Program-made: the position numbers and the translations under genes
Part shown: in pieces, positions 1-9,329 of the stretch
Position numbering within the stretch: position 1 is the first letter of the stretch
Layout: every line of letters starts with the position of its first letter
Notes under the pieces: model-generated
The model's database searches: none
What the model was told of the DNA's origin: nothing
The model's input: the letters and a program-made list of their open reading frames with translations, nothing else
DNA from: Minisyncoccota bacterium
GTDB lineage: Bacteria; Patescibacteriota; Minisyncoccia; Phycocordibacterales; JABAAK01
Length of the DNA stretch: 64,000 bases
Assembly: GCA_965204115.1 (NCBI GenBank)
Contig: OZ241963.1
Coordinates: forward strand, 121,475 to 185,474
Reading direction: 5' to 3'

Positions 1-382
<382 letters not shown>

Positions 383-408
383 AGGAAACCAAAGACCGTT
401 TTTTTATT

Positions 409-585
409 TTGTATGTAGTAACGATGAGTTGCTCATGCTATTTGCAATGCACAAAATTATTACAAAAAGCTGGAGAGTTGCTGCGGCGTGAATTACTATT
501 CACGCCTACTCACAAAGTGATATGCCTATCACTTTGCTCCTGTTATTTGCAATGCACAAATAATTTTTACAAACAATGCACTGTT
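409..585 (+). repeat. Two ~35-nt direct repeats (TATTTGCAATGCACAAAWTWWTTTTTACAAA) plus two short hairpins in the 23S-5S spacer
   Basis: tgctatttgcaatgcacaaaattattacaaaaag at ~428-462 and tgttatttgcaatgcacaaataatttttacaaacaatg at ~541-578. Hairpins cgtgaattactattcacg and gtgatatgcctatcac lie between them. Confidence 0.6.
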
Positions 586-589
586 TTGT

Positions 590-700
590 TCTGGTGATGA
601 AACCGGAGGGGAAACACCTGTTCTCATTCCGAATACAGCCGTTAAGACCTCCAGGGGCGATGGTACTGCTTTATGCGGGAGAGTAGCTCGTCGCCAGTAC
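590..700 (+). rRNA. rrf: 5S rRNA
   Basis: CTGGTGATG...CACCTG..CCGAATACAGCCGTTAAGAC...GATGGTACTG...GAGAGTAGC...CGTCGCCAG. The terminal helix pairs ctggtgatg with cgtcgccag. Conserved CCGAA/GTTAAG/GAGAGTAG elements are present. It lies ~200 nt downstream of the 23S end. Confidence 0.85.
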
Positions 701-797
701 AAAGGGGTGCTTGTGAAAAATGGAAGTACTGTTTTTTTGACAGTAGGTTTTCTAAAAAAATCCTTCCCTTGCGTAGTGCAAGGGAAGGGTGTCCTAC

Positions 798-1859
798 TTA
801 TGTGTTTCTTTGCTTGCGTCTCGTGCGTACTGCTTTTGCAAAGTTTGTAAGTAGTGGCTGTGTTCGTTTCCAACTCATACAAGGATCAGTAATACTCAGT
901 CCATAATCAAGATTATCGCTGAGGTCCTGCCGACCCTCTTTAATAAAACTCTCCATCATTACTCCCATGATGCTGTGGCTGCCGGCAGTAATTTGGTCGG
1001 CAATTTTTCTTGCCACATGATCCTGACGCACCGGGTCTTTCCGGCTATTTGCATGACTACAGTCAACCATCACCTTTTGGGGCAGATTTGCTTCCCGGAG
1101 AAGATCAGACGCTTCTGCAATCGCACTTGCACCAAAGTTAGTCCCGTGTTGGCCGCCACGCAGAATAATATGGCAGTCACTATTGCCGGCTGTTGCAACG
1201 ATGGCAGCGACACTGTCTTTTGTGACACTGGGAAAACGGTGTGGAAACGCGGCAGAGCGAACTGCATCAACGGCGATTTGTATTTGACCCATAGTGCCAT
1301 TTTTAAAGCCAACAGGCATTGATAATCCGGAGGCCAATTCCCGATGAACTTGACTCTCTGTTGTTCGTGCGCCAATTGCTCCCCAGCAGATAATGTCCGC
1401 AATAATCTGAGGAGTAATCGTGTCAAGGAATTCTGTGCCGGCGGGTAAACCAAGGCCGGCAACATCAAGCAAGAACTTTCTTGCCAGACGCATGCCACAA
1501 TTAATTTCAAAGGTCTCGTCAAGATACGGGTCATTGATAAGACCTTTCCAGCCAACAACTGTTCGAGGTTTTTCAAAGTAGGCTCTCATTACCACCAGTA
1601 ATTCATCTTGAAACTCTTCGGTGTGCGCAGCTAAAAGCTTAGCATAATCTAACGCTGCCTTCGGGTCATGTATTGAGCATGGTCCCACAACAACAAGCAG
1701 GCGATCGTCATCGCCATGCAGGATACGAGAAATAATCTTTCGCTTGTCGATAATTAGTTTTGCTGCGTTTTGCGAAAGAGGTAGTTCCTCCAACAGAATG
1801 TTGGGAGGAAGAAACGGTCGCAAGTTTTCAATACGAAGATCATCCGTTTTCATAGGCAT
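798..1859 (-). CDS. aroG: 3-deoxy-7-phosphoheptulonate (DAHP) synthase, class I (AroG/F/H family)
   Basis: 353-aa ORF with the typical class-I DAHP synthase N-terminus (DDLRI...LLPP..L..ELP), VVVGPCSIHD, KPRT, IGARTTESQ and CSHANS motifs. Confidence 0.85.
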   Translation of the reverse strand: MPMKTDDLRIENLRPFLPPNILLEELPLSQNAAKLIIDKRKIISRILHGDDDRLLVVVGPCSIHDPKAALDYAKLLAAHTEEFQDELLVVMRAYFEKPRTVVGWKGLINDPYLDETFEINCGMRLARKFLLDVAGLGLPAGTEFLDTITPQIIADIICWGAIGARTTESQVHRELASGLSMPVGFKNGTMGQIQIAVDAVRSAAFPHRFPSVTKDSVAAIVATAGNSDCHIILRGGQHGTNFGASAIAEASDLLREANLPQKVMVDCSHANSRKDPVRQDHVARKIADQITAGSHSIMGVMMESFIKEGRQDLSDNLDYGLSITDPCMSWKRTQPLLTNFAKAVRTRRKQRNT

Positions 1860-2055
1860 AGAGCGTCTCCTCTATAAGCAAGGTTTTTGTAACACAAAAA
1901 AGAAGGGCAATAAGGTGCCCAAATATCACCTTATTATAGTATACCATGTGTCCGTTTACTCTGACTTGACGAGATTTGTATTTCATACATAATTTTGATG
2001 CCGTGCTATACTGCGTGCAGTGTTACAAGTCAAAGTTGTTGAAACATTTAGGATA

Positions 2056-2092
2056 GGGGAGGGTGATATAGTCACCCTCCTTTTTTATTTTT
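2056..2092 (+). terminator. Rho-independent terminator, plus-strand oriented (GGGGAGGGTGA-tatag-TCACCCTCC + TTTTTTATTTTT)
   Basis: Perfect GC-rich hairpin followed by a U-run on the + strand only. It lies between divergent/abutting minus-strand genes, which implies a short + strand transcript. Confidence 0.6.
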
Positions 2093-2099
2093 GCCGATA

Positions 2100-2654
2100 T
2101 CAACTTTCTTTGTGTGCGAAATAGGTGAAGAAAATGACGAGGATGAAGGCGGTGAGTGACATCAGGGGGATGGTGATGTAGCCGAGCTCTATGAAGTAGT
2201 ATTCGGAGCAGGATTTTGACATCCCAACCGCAACACAGTCAGTGGTGATAATGCTGTAGCGGGTGTGGAGCTGCTGAATGAGGTAATGATAGGAGGCAAT
2301 TATTGTGCCTATGCCTGCAAGGGCGTAGATATAGATCTTGTTGCGGAAGTCTTTTCGTTTGAGTATAAGGAATAGGAGGATGACGAGTGGGAACATGAAA
2401 ATTCGTTGATACCAGCAGAGTGTGCAAGGGAGGAAGTGATAGCTGTAGGTATAGATGAGGGGGCCGACGGTTGCGAAAAGCGCAGTTCCGAATGCGCAGA
2501 TCAGTCCGTAGCGGCTGAGGCAGCGCTGTATCGGTGTAGTTATTTTTTTTAATACTGGGATCTTGCTGTAACGCAATATCAGAAACACCACCAAAAAGAT
2601 ATGTGCGCTGACTGTTGCTATCGCTAAGAGTTTTGAGTAAAGGAATACATCCAT
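2100..2654 (-). CDS. dsbB: Disulfide bond formation protein B (DsbB/BdbC family) membrane oxidoreductase
   Basis: Four-TM hydrophobic profile with the LCWYQR motif and a second Cys pair (C..C). Start taken at the internal Met MDVFLYS; the long N-terminal ORF extension overlaps the divergent neighbour. Confidence 0.55.
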   Translation of the reverse strand: MDVFLYSKLLAIATVSAHIFLVVFLILRYSKIPVLKKITTPIQRCLSRYGLICAFGTALFATVGPLIYTYSYHFLPCTLCWYQRIFMFPLVILLFLILKRKDFRNKIYIYALAGIGTIIASYHYLIQQLHTRYSIITTDCVAVGMSKSCSEYYFIELGYITIPLMSLTAFILVIFFTYFAHKES

Positions 2655-2718
2655 GTTTTTTAGTATAGCATGAAGCTGCGTTGTAGAGCATGTTGATAAA
2701 GTGCTATAGTATAAGTAT

Positions 2719-3678
2719 ATGAAGATTCTCGTCACTCGCCGTATTCCTGATGTCGGGCTGTCGCTCTTGCGAGAGCATGAGATTGAGTTGCAAGTGCTTG
2801 AAAAAAAACAGCTGCGGAAAAGTGCGCTCATTGCAGCATTAAAAGCGGAGGCGTATGACGGGATGATTGCGCTCCTGACGGATACTATAGATGAGGAGGT
2901 GCTGAATGCTGTTGGCTCGCAGATGAAGGTAATAGCAAATTATGCGGTCGGGTTTAATAACATTGCGGTAGAGAAGGCGAAAGAGCGGGGGATTGTAGTG
3001 ACCAATACCCCGGGCGTGTTGACCGAGACCGTTGCGGAACATACCTTTGCGTTGATCTTTGCGGTGGCGACCCGCGTCGCGGAGGCGGATGCTTTTGTGC
3101 GGGCGCAAAAGTTTACCGGTTGGGAGCCGGAGCTGCTGCTCGGGGTTGATTTGCTGGGGAAAACGCTCGGCATCATCGGTGCGGGGCGTATTGGCTCTCG
3201 CGTCGCTGAGATTGGAAAAGCGATCGGTATGGAAATTGTCTATCATGATATGCAGGAAAATACTTTGCTGGAGGAAAAGACAAACGCTGACTACTGCGGC
3301 AGTCCTGAAGAAGTGCTGCGTCGCTCATCAGTCGTTTCAGTACACTTGCCGCTTACTGATGCAACCCACCACTGCATTGACGCGGACAAACTGTCTCTCA
3401 TGCAGTCAGATGCAATTCTTATAAATACTTCGCGGGGGCCGGTTATTGATGAGGAAGCGTTGATTGCTGTTTTGCGTCAACGGAGAATTTTTGGTGCCGG
3501 GCTTGATGTGTTTGAACATGAGCCGAAGGTGCCTGTCGCACTTAGAAAGTTGCCTAATGTGGTTTTGACACCGCATACTGCGTCGGCAAGTATTGCTACC
3601 AGAGGAAAAATGGCAAAAATAGCAGCGGAAAATGTCATAGCAGTTCTACACGGCGGCAAAGCCCCTAATGAGGTCTAG
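2719..3678 (+). CDS. D-isomer-specific 2-hydroxyacid dehydrogenase (glyoxylate/hydroxypyruvate reductase-like)
   Basis: GIIGAGRIGSRVA Rossmann motif, catalytic SVHLPLT...H...INTSRGPVID...TPHTAS pattern. 319 aa. Confidence 0.85.
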   Translation: MKILVTRRIPDVGLSLLREHEIELQVLEKKQLRKSALIAALKAEAYDGMIALLTDTIDEEVLNAVGSQMKVIANYAVGFNNIAVEKAKERGIVVTNTPGVLTETVAEHTFALIFAVATRVAEADAFVRAQKFTGWEPELLLGVDLLGKTLGIIGAGRIGSRVAEIGKAIGMEIVYHDMQENTLLEEKTNADYCGSPEEVLRRSSVVSVHLPLTDATHHCIDADKLSLMQSDAILINTSRGPVIDEEALIAVLRQRRIFGAGLDVFEHEPKVPVALRKLPNVVLTPHTASASIATRGKMAKIAAENVIAVLHGGKAPNEV

Positions 3679-3684
3679 TGGAAG

Positions 3685-3981
3685 GTGCCTCAGAGTGTGT
3701 GCTATACTATACAGATAATGATTAGAATGCGATCCACAAAGAGTAAGCAAGGAGGTCGACGGTCACAACACGGTGTGGCTTCATCTGCATATACCACCGA
3801 TGAGGACGGCGAGGTGCGGCAACGGCATCGGGCAAGTCGGCGGACAGGGAAGTATCGAGGTCGGTCGGTTATGGATGTCACCCGTGAGGTGAAAAAAGCG
3901 GAGAAGCGGGTAGGGCAAACGCAACAGGGCAGCGATGATGAGGAGAAGAAAACCGTTGAGCAAGTAGCGGCACCAAAATAG
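3685..3981 (+). CDS. Small basic/acidic hypothetical protein (possibly stress-associated)
   Basis: 98-aa ORF (alternative starts at 3715/3724). N-terminus is Arg/Lys-rich, C-terminus acidic. A TATACT -10 lies immediately upstream. Confidence 0.4.
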   Translation: MPQSVCYTIQIMIRMRSTKSKQGGRRSQHGVASSAYTTDEDGEVRQRHRASRRTGKYRGRSVMDVTREVKKAEKRVGQTQQGSDDEEKKTVEQVAAPK

Positions 3982-4079
3982 TGCTGTTTTATAGGGTATA
4001 CTGGTAGTATATCCCCAAAAAAGTAGATAACCTGTTTACACCTATCAGGAAGGATATATACTTATATTGTACATTCTGT

Positions 4080-4970
4080 ATGACTACCTCAAGACGCGAC
4101 GCACGCATAGTGATCATTCAAACTCTTTTTGAGAGCGACTTCCACCAGCGGGATCCGGATGGTGCGCATATGGTGGCAATGTTTAATGCGACTGCCCGGG
4201 AACATAACCCGGCCTTGGTGGATAATGAATATGCGAAAAAGATACTGACTGGTATTGCCAGCAAGTACTATGATATTAACGCTATTATTGAGAAGGCAGC
4301 TCCTGACTGGCCGCTGGATAAAATAGGCAGTGTAGACCGGAATATTCTGCGTTTGGGGGTGTTTGAGCTGCTGTTTGGTAAGGATTTGGAGGTGCCGGGG
4401 CGCGTGGCACTAAATGAGGCAATTGAGATTACGAAGATGTTTCTGGGAGACGGGGCGCGGCGTTTTGTTAACGGTGTGCTTGGTTCAATTTATACCGAGG
4501 TGAAGGATCCGGCGGAAGATGACTATGTGCCGAAGAAAATGCAGCATAAAAAGTCGGTCGGCGGTGTCATCTTTAGAATTGATGAGGGCGGCTCTCCGTG
4601 GTTTGCGTTTGTTCATGATGTTTTCGGTAAGTGGACGTTATCAAAAGGTGGGTTGGAAGGTGAGGAGGCGATAGACGCAGGGCTGAAGCGAGTCATTAAA
4701 GATGAGATCGGCATTGATATTGAGGTTATAGAGAAGATTGGTTCAAATGCGTATAAGGCGCATCCGCCGACTGGTCCGGTATTGAAAGAGGTTACCTATC
4801 TTCTTGCTAAAACTGATGATGATCTGCTCACCCTCAAGGAGACGGAAGGGTTAGATGAAGCAAAGTGGTTCTCCTTTGATGAGGCAAAGAAACTTTCTTT
4901 TTATCCGGATTTGCGACAGATTATTTTGGATGGTATGACGAAGGCGATTCAGGTGTATGCGAAAGGATAA
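4080..4970 (+). CDS. nusB: NusB (transcription antitermination factor) N-terminal domain fused to a NUDIX hydrolase-like C-terminal domain
   Basis: N-terminal ~150 aa resemble NusB (RRDARIVIIQTLFESDF...AIIEK...DRNILRLGVFELLF...ALNEAIEITKMF). The C-terminal ~140 aa carry a Nudix-like box, GGLEGEEAIDAGLKRVIKDEIGI. Confidence 0.7.
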   Translation: MTTSRRDARIVIIQTLFESDFHQRDPDGAHMVAMFNATAREHNPALVDNEYAKKILTGIASKYYDINAIIEKAAPDWPLDKIGSVDRNILRLGVFELLFGKDLEVPGRVALNEAIEITKMFLGDGARRFVNGVLGSIYTEVKDPAEDDYVPKKMQHKKSVGGVIFRIDEGGSPWFAFVHDVFGKWTLSKGGLEGEEAIDAGLKRVIKDEIGIDIEVIEKIGSNAYKAHPPTGPVLKEVTYLLAKTDDDLLTLKETEGLDEAKWFSFDEAKKLSFYPDLRQIILDGMTKAIQVYAKG

Positions 4971-5670
4971 TACACAAAACGATAGTATTGTGCAGAAGAT
5001 GGAGGACACCATCGGCTATCGTTTTACTGATAAAAATGTAATACTGCAGGCGCTCACACATCGTTCGTATACGAATGAACACCCGGGGACGGCTCATAAC
5101 GAGCGACTTGAGTTTTTGGGTGATGCGGTGCTTCAGTTTACCGCTACCCGTACGCTGTACACGCTGTACCCTGATGTTGCAGAAGGGGAGTTGAGCGTGA
5201 GTCGCTCATTGCTGGTAAAAACAGAGTTTTTACTCCAAGCGGCAGAGAAATTGGAAATACCGACATGCCTGCGGGTATCAAGCGGGCAGAAGAAGGATTT
5301 AAACACGGTGAGTACAAGCTTATTTGCTGATGCGGTAGAGGCGATTATCGGTGCGATATACCTTGATGGCGGGCTTGAGTCGGCAGAACAATTTATTTTT
5401 GATAAAGTGCTGGTTGATATAACGGGATACCTGTCGCAGGTGCCGCTGCAGGACGCAAAAACGGCCTTGCAGGAATATACCCAGCAGGAATTTGACATAA
5501 CACCGGAGTATGTTGTGTTAGATGAATCCGGACCTGATCACGCCAAAACTTTCACCATCGGGGTTAAGGTCGGGGATGCGATGCATGCGCAGGCAGTTGG
5601 GAAATCAAAGCAGGAGGCAGCGCAAAAAGCCGCTGAAGAAACGCTGAAAAAGTACAAGAAGGGGAAGTGA
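4957..5670 (+). CDS. rnc: Ribonuclease III
   Basis: LQALTHRSY, ERLEFLGDAVL signature and a C-terminal dsRBD (...GPDHAKTFTIGVKV...GKSKQEAAQKAA). Overlaps the nusB stop by 14 nt. Confidence 0.9.
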   Translation: MRKDNTQNDSIVQKMEDTIGYRFTDKNVILQALTHRSYTNEHPGTAHNERLEFLGDAVLQFTATRTLYTLYPDVAEGELSVSRSLLVKTEFLLQAAEKLEIPTCLRVSSGQKKDLNTVSTSLFADAVEAIIGAIYLDGGLESAEQFIFDKVLVDITGYLSQVPLQDAKTALQEYTQQEFDITPEYVVLDESGPDHAKTFTIGVKVGDAMHAQAVGKSKQEAAQKAAEETLKKYKKGK

Positions 5671-5865
5671 TGGTTGACCATTTGATTATTTTATTGTACA
5701 GTTATATCACGAACAAAATAGTATGTCAACGGGTTGCTTTTTTTGATTTTTTTGTTATTATATATGTAAAGTACTGAGGGCAAGAAGCCTGATGTATGTT
5801 GCTGTACATTACCCAAGTAAATTAACAATATGGTCGCTTGACGACCCCAAAAGAGGAGGATTGAC

Positions 5866-6372
5866 ATGATTAATAAAATGTCAGCCAAGCTTTCTTTCAT
5901 CTTGGTCGCACTGTTAGCGGCCATAGGTATGAGCGTTATCGGGTGTGGGCAAATGAGTGACTCTCCCACGGACGGAATTATTTCAGGGGGAGATGATGAA
6001 ATCTCTGGAAAAACTCCGGAAATTGCGATTGTGAAGACGATCACCACAAAAGCGGGTACCACTGAGATTTCCTACCACTTTGAGTCGGATATGGACCTTG
6101 AGATGAGTATCGTCGTAGGGCTGGAAGTTAGAACCGGAGATAACACGGAAGGCGCAATCGTCATCCTGCAGAAAGACACGAGTGTCTCTGAGGCGTTTTC
6201 TTTCGGAGATCACATCAGTCAGGTCACGATCTTGCAGCACAAGGATCTCCTTGACTTTAAGTCAACCGTAGCGGCGATAAATGAGGCGGATATGTCTGTT
6301 GATTTCACACAGTATCCGGTCCACCAGAGGCCGTACAATGTGAACACGGAAAATAGTTCGGTTTCCAGATAG
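5866..6372 (+). CDS. Hypothetical lipoprotein
   Basis: Signal peptide MSAKLSFILVALLAAIGMSVIGC with a lipobox-like VIGC. SD-like AGGAGGA sits upstream of the ATG. Confidence 0.6.
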   Translation: MINKMSAKLSFILVALLAAIGMSVIGCGQMSDSPTDGIISGGDDEISGKTPEIAIVKTITTKAGTTEISYHFESDMDLEMSIVVGLEVRTGDNTEGAIVILQKDTSVSEAFSFGDHISQVTILQHKDLLDFKSTVAAINEADMSVDFTQYPVHQRPYNVNTENSSVSR

Positions 6373-6452
6373 CTGCACATTATGTGAGGGCAGGTAAGTA
6401 TGTTTTTCAACAGTACTGCCTGTCCTTTCTTTTTTGTAGAGGAGATGATGAA

Positions 6453-7076
6453 ATGAAGAAGGTTTTTCTTTTTGCAGCGCTTGCGATACTGCTTATGCCA
6501 TTTTTGTTTTTGGTGGGTTGCGGAGAGGGCTCTGCGAGCGGCTTACTCGGCGGAAATGAAGAAGGTGCGACACCGCAACGGACTACTGGCAGACAGCCAC
6601 CGCCAACACTTGGTTCGGCTTTTGATACAGAGGCAGGTGGCGAAAGGTCGGTCGCTGATCCGAGTAGTGATGGTGCGTTAGAGCGCGTTGAGGTTTTGAT
6701 CGCTCCCATCTGGCTGCAGTCATTTGAGGACGGCACTTTTATGGCAGTCACTGACTTGCCGGCAAAGCAGAATATCTACATCCTCACCCGGACATCCCAT
6801 TGGGCGCATCCGGAGGATGAAGTGCCGTTCATCACAAAGCTGGAGACAATTACGATTCGACAGAACGCCAGTTTCTCACAACGGTTTTCTCCGGATCCGC
6901 TCCACTGGACACGGGCAGTGGAGGTCTCTATTGAACCATTTGAAATATTACAAAAACTTCCGCTCCCTGAGACAACAGCAGAGGGGATTGAGATAGGGGC
7001 GGGAGTAGGATTCACCATTCGCTACCGAGCGCTGGAAGACCACGATCGCGTGGTATTCTTTCACCGCCTGGAGTAA
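6453..7076 (+). CDS. Hypothetical lipoprotein
   Basis: MKKVFLFAALAILLMPFLFLVGCGEG signal peptide + lipobox. It sits in tandem with the preceding lipoprotein. Confidence 0.6.
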   Translation: MKKVFLFAALAILLMPFLFLVGCGEGSASGLLGGNEEGATPQRTTGRQPPPTLGSAFDTEAGGERSVADPSSDGALERVEVLIAPIWLQSFEDGTFMAVTDLPAKQNIYILTRTSHWAHPEDEVPFITKLETITIRQNASFSQRFSPDPLHWTRAVEVSIEPFEILQKLPLPETTAEGIEIGAGVGFTIRYRALEDHDRVVFFHRLE

Positions 7077-7095
7077 CCATGCGAAGCGGCGAGCG

Positions 7096-7129
7096 ATAAA
7101 AAACGGACTGACTTTCAGTCCGTTTTTTC
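7096..7129. terminator. Bidirectional intrinsic terminator (AAAAAACGGACTGA-ctt-TCAGTCCGTTTTTT)
   Basis: Palindromic hairpin flanked by an A-run and a T-run. Confidence 0.6.
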
Positions 7130-7159
7130 ATTGCTAAAAAATGTTACAATAGTAGGTGT

Positions 7160-9322
7160 ATGCATCTTAAAGAATTGCGTATTGAAGGATTTAAATCGTT
7201 CGGCAAATCAGTGGTGTTGTCGTTTCCGACAAATATCACCGGCATTGTCGGTCCGAATGGGTCGGGAAAGTCTAATGTCGCGGAGGCATTTCGTTTTGTG
7301 TTGGGAGAGCAGTCCATGAAAAGCATGCGCGGGAAGCGCGGTGAAGACCTGCTCTTTAACGGCGGTACCGGGGCGAATCGGGCGAATCGGGCGAAAGTGT
7401 CTATTGTATTTGATAACACTGAACGCTTGCTCAACAGTTCGTTTGACGAGGTGTCTGTTTCCCGTACTGTGTATCGCAACGGAACGAATGAGTATGCGAT
7501 TAACGGTACTCAGGTACGGCATCGGGATGTTATTGAACTGCTGGCTAAGGCGAATGTCGGATCTACCGGGCATCATATTATCTCGCAAGGCGAGGCGGAT
7601 CGTATTTTGCACGCGACAAATGAAGAGCGCCGAGAGATGCTGGAGGACGGTCTTGGTTTGAAGCTGCTGCAGTATCGGCGGGCGGAAGCGGAGAAGAAAC
7701 TGCAACGCGCACAGAAGAATATCGCTGAAACTGATCTTATCCTTCGGGAGACCGCGCCGCACTTGCGCCACCTGAAGCGACAGGTTGAGCGGTATGAGAA
7801 GGCAAAAAAAACACGGGAAGAATTGGTGCGATTGTATGCGGTGTACCTTGCGTATGAAACGGCATATATCGCGACTGGCAAGTGTGCGGCGGAAGGTGCC
7901 TTTGATTCGTTGCAAGAGAGGATTGCCGTTATTAAAAAAGATATTGCGGGAGAGAGGCGAAAGGCAGGAACAGAGCGGACAGTAGATGTGGCGCGAAAAC
8001 AAGAGGAATCTCTCGCGGAGGCACTTCGCGCTGTGCGGGATAAGTGGGATATGGTAACCCGGGAAATCGGACGACTCGAGGGGGAGCGAGCCGCACTTGA
8101 AAACCTCACGAAGGAGGGCGAGCGTGAGCCAATAGATCGTACAGCGCTGCTGCGACTTTACAAAGAGGTGCAACGCCGCTTTATGGGAGAAGATGATTAC
8201 CCTGCGGTTATCACCTATGCGCTGCAGCAGTTAAAGACGATACTTGGAAGTAAAAGCGCGGTGCAGGAAGGGGCAGAACGGCGACTCACCGCTTTGCAGA
8301 AGAAGTTGAAGGAGCGGCAGGAGCAAATGAGCAAATTGCAAGAGCAGGAGCGGCAGCATCTCTGTGAGCAGGAGGCACTGTATAAGCAGAGAGAGCGGGA
8401 AATCACTGCCACACGACAGTCAGAGAAAAAAATACTCGCGCTGGTGACAGAAAAAAACTCCCTTGAGCAGGAACTTTCTGAAGTGCAGCACTCACTGGCA
8501 CTTTTTCGGGAGGATGAGGAGAATATACGGCGGGAAATGGTTGAAGGGACTGTGCTCGTCGGCAGTGCGATTAATAACTATAAATCGGTCGCTGTTCCGC
8601 AGGAAATACAAGATGAAGACCGAGCAAAACAAAAAGAACGGCGGCGTGTGTTAGAGCGAAAAAAGATTGAGCTTGAAACGGTAGGGACCGGTGATAGTGG
8701 CGAAGAAAGGCATGCTGAATATCGAGAGGTTTCCGAACGGGTTGATTTTTTAAAGAAGGAAAAAGAAGATCTGTTGCGCAGTATAAAGGATTGCGAAGAA
8801 GGTATCGCTGCGATACAGCAAGAGGTAGAAGCGCGGTTTAAAGCAGGCGTGGAGGCGATTGATAAAGAGTTCGGCCGATTTTTCAAGATTTTATTCGGCG
8901 GAGGGAAGGCGGGGGTTGTTGTTGAAAGACGAACCATTGCCAGAGAAGATGAGGACCCGGAAGTGCGGGTGGGTGTGGCGGTGCGGGTGGCACTGCCGCG
9001 TAAGAAAATTAACGCTCTGGAACAACTTTCAGGTGGTGAGCGTGCGCTGGTGTCTATCGCTTTGCTGTTTGCTATGTCGCAGGTGACCCCGCCGCCATTT
9101 TTAATACTGGATGAGACCGATGCGGCGCTGGATGAGGCGAATTCACGGCGATACGGTGATATGATAGAGTCATTAGCAAAACAGTCGCAGTTGATTTTGA
9201 TTACCCATAATCGTGAAACTATGCATCGAGCAGGAGCGCTATATGGTGTGACGATGGGGATGACCGGTATATCAGCGATACTTTCTGTACAGTTTGATGA
9301 GGCAGTGCGTGTGGCAGAATAG
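7160..9322 (+). CDS. smc: SMC-like chromosome-segregation ATPase, short (720 aa) with no recognisable hinge
   Basis: N-terminal Walker A GPNGSGKSN in the typical SMC head context (LKELRIEGFKSF). C-terminal signature LSGGERALVSIALLFA and Walker B ILDETDAALD. The middle is coiled-coil-like, and no G-rich hinge motif was seen. Confidence 0.75.
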   Translation: MHLKELRIEGFKSFGKSVVLSFPTNITGIVGPNGSGKSNVAEAFRFVLGEQSMKSMRGKRGEDLLFNGGTGANRANRAKVSIVFDNTERLLNSSFDEVSVSRTVYRNGTNEYAINGTQVRHRDVIELLAKANVGSTGHHIISQGEADRILHATNEERREMLEDGLGLKLLQYRRAEAEKKLQRAQKNIAETDLILRETAPHLRHLKRQVERYEKAKKTREELVRLYAVYLAYETAYIATGKCAAEGAFDSLQERIAVIKKDIAGERRKAGTERTVDVARKQEESLAEALRAVRDKWDMVTREIGRLEGERAALENLTKEGEREPIDRTALLRLYKEVQRRFMGEDDYPAVITYALQQLKTILGSKSAVQEGAERRLTALQKKLKERQEQMSKLQEQERQHLCEQEALYKQREREITATRQSEKKILALVTEKNSLEQELSEVQHSLALFREDEENIRREMVEGTVLVGSAINNYKSVAVPQEIQDEDRAKQKERRRVLERKKIELETVGTGDSGEERHAEYREVSERVDFLKKEKEDLLRSIKDCEEGIAAIQQEVEARFKAGVEAIDKEFGRFFKILFGGGKAGVVVERRTIAREDEDPEVRVGVAVRVALPRKKINALEQLSGGERALVSIALLFAMSQVTPPPFLILDETDAALDEANSRRYGDMIESLAKQSQLILITHNRETMHRAGALYGVTMGMTGISAILSVQFDEAVRVAE

Positions 9323-9329
9323 TGTTTGT

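Noticed and set aside
975-1576. ORFs 975-1322 (+) and 1070-1576 (-) inside aroG; similar antisense/overlapping ORFs inside smc (7208-8173, 7573-8109), valS, secA, pilT, ligA etc.
   Set aside because: They are fully embedded in long ORFs carrying strong, recognisable motifs. They show the low-complexity composition typical of out-of-frame translation of GC-moderate coding sequence.
2239-2691. 150-aa minus-strand ORF overlapping dsbB in another frame
   Set aside because: The Pro/His/Leu-rich low-complexity translation is typical of an off-frame read. The dsbB frame carries the recognisable motif and TM pattern.
7375-7395. Short tandem repeat GGGCGAATC x2.5 inside smc
   Set aside because: It is in frame (ANRANRAK) within a clearly coding region. 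It is at most a minor slippage-prone spot, not an independent feature.
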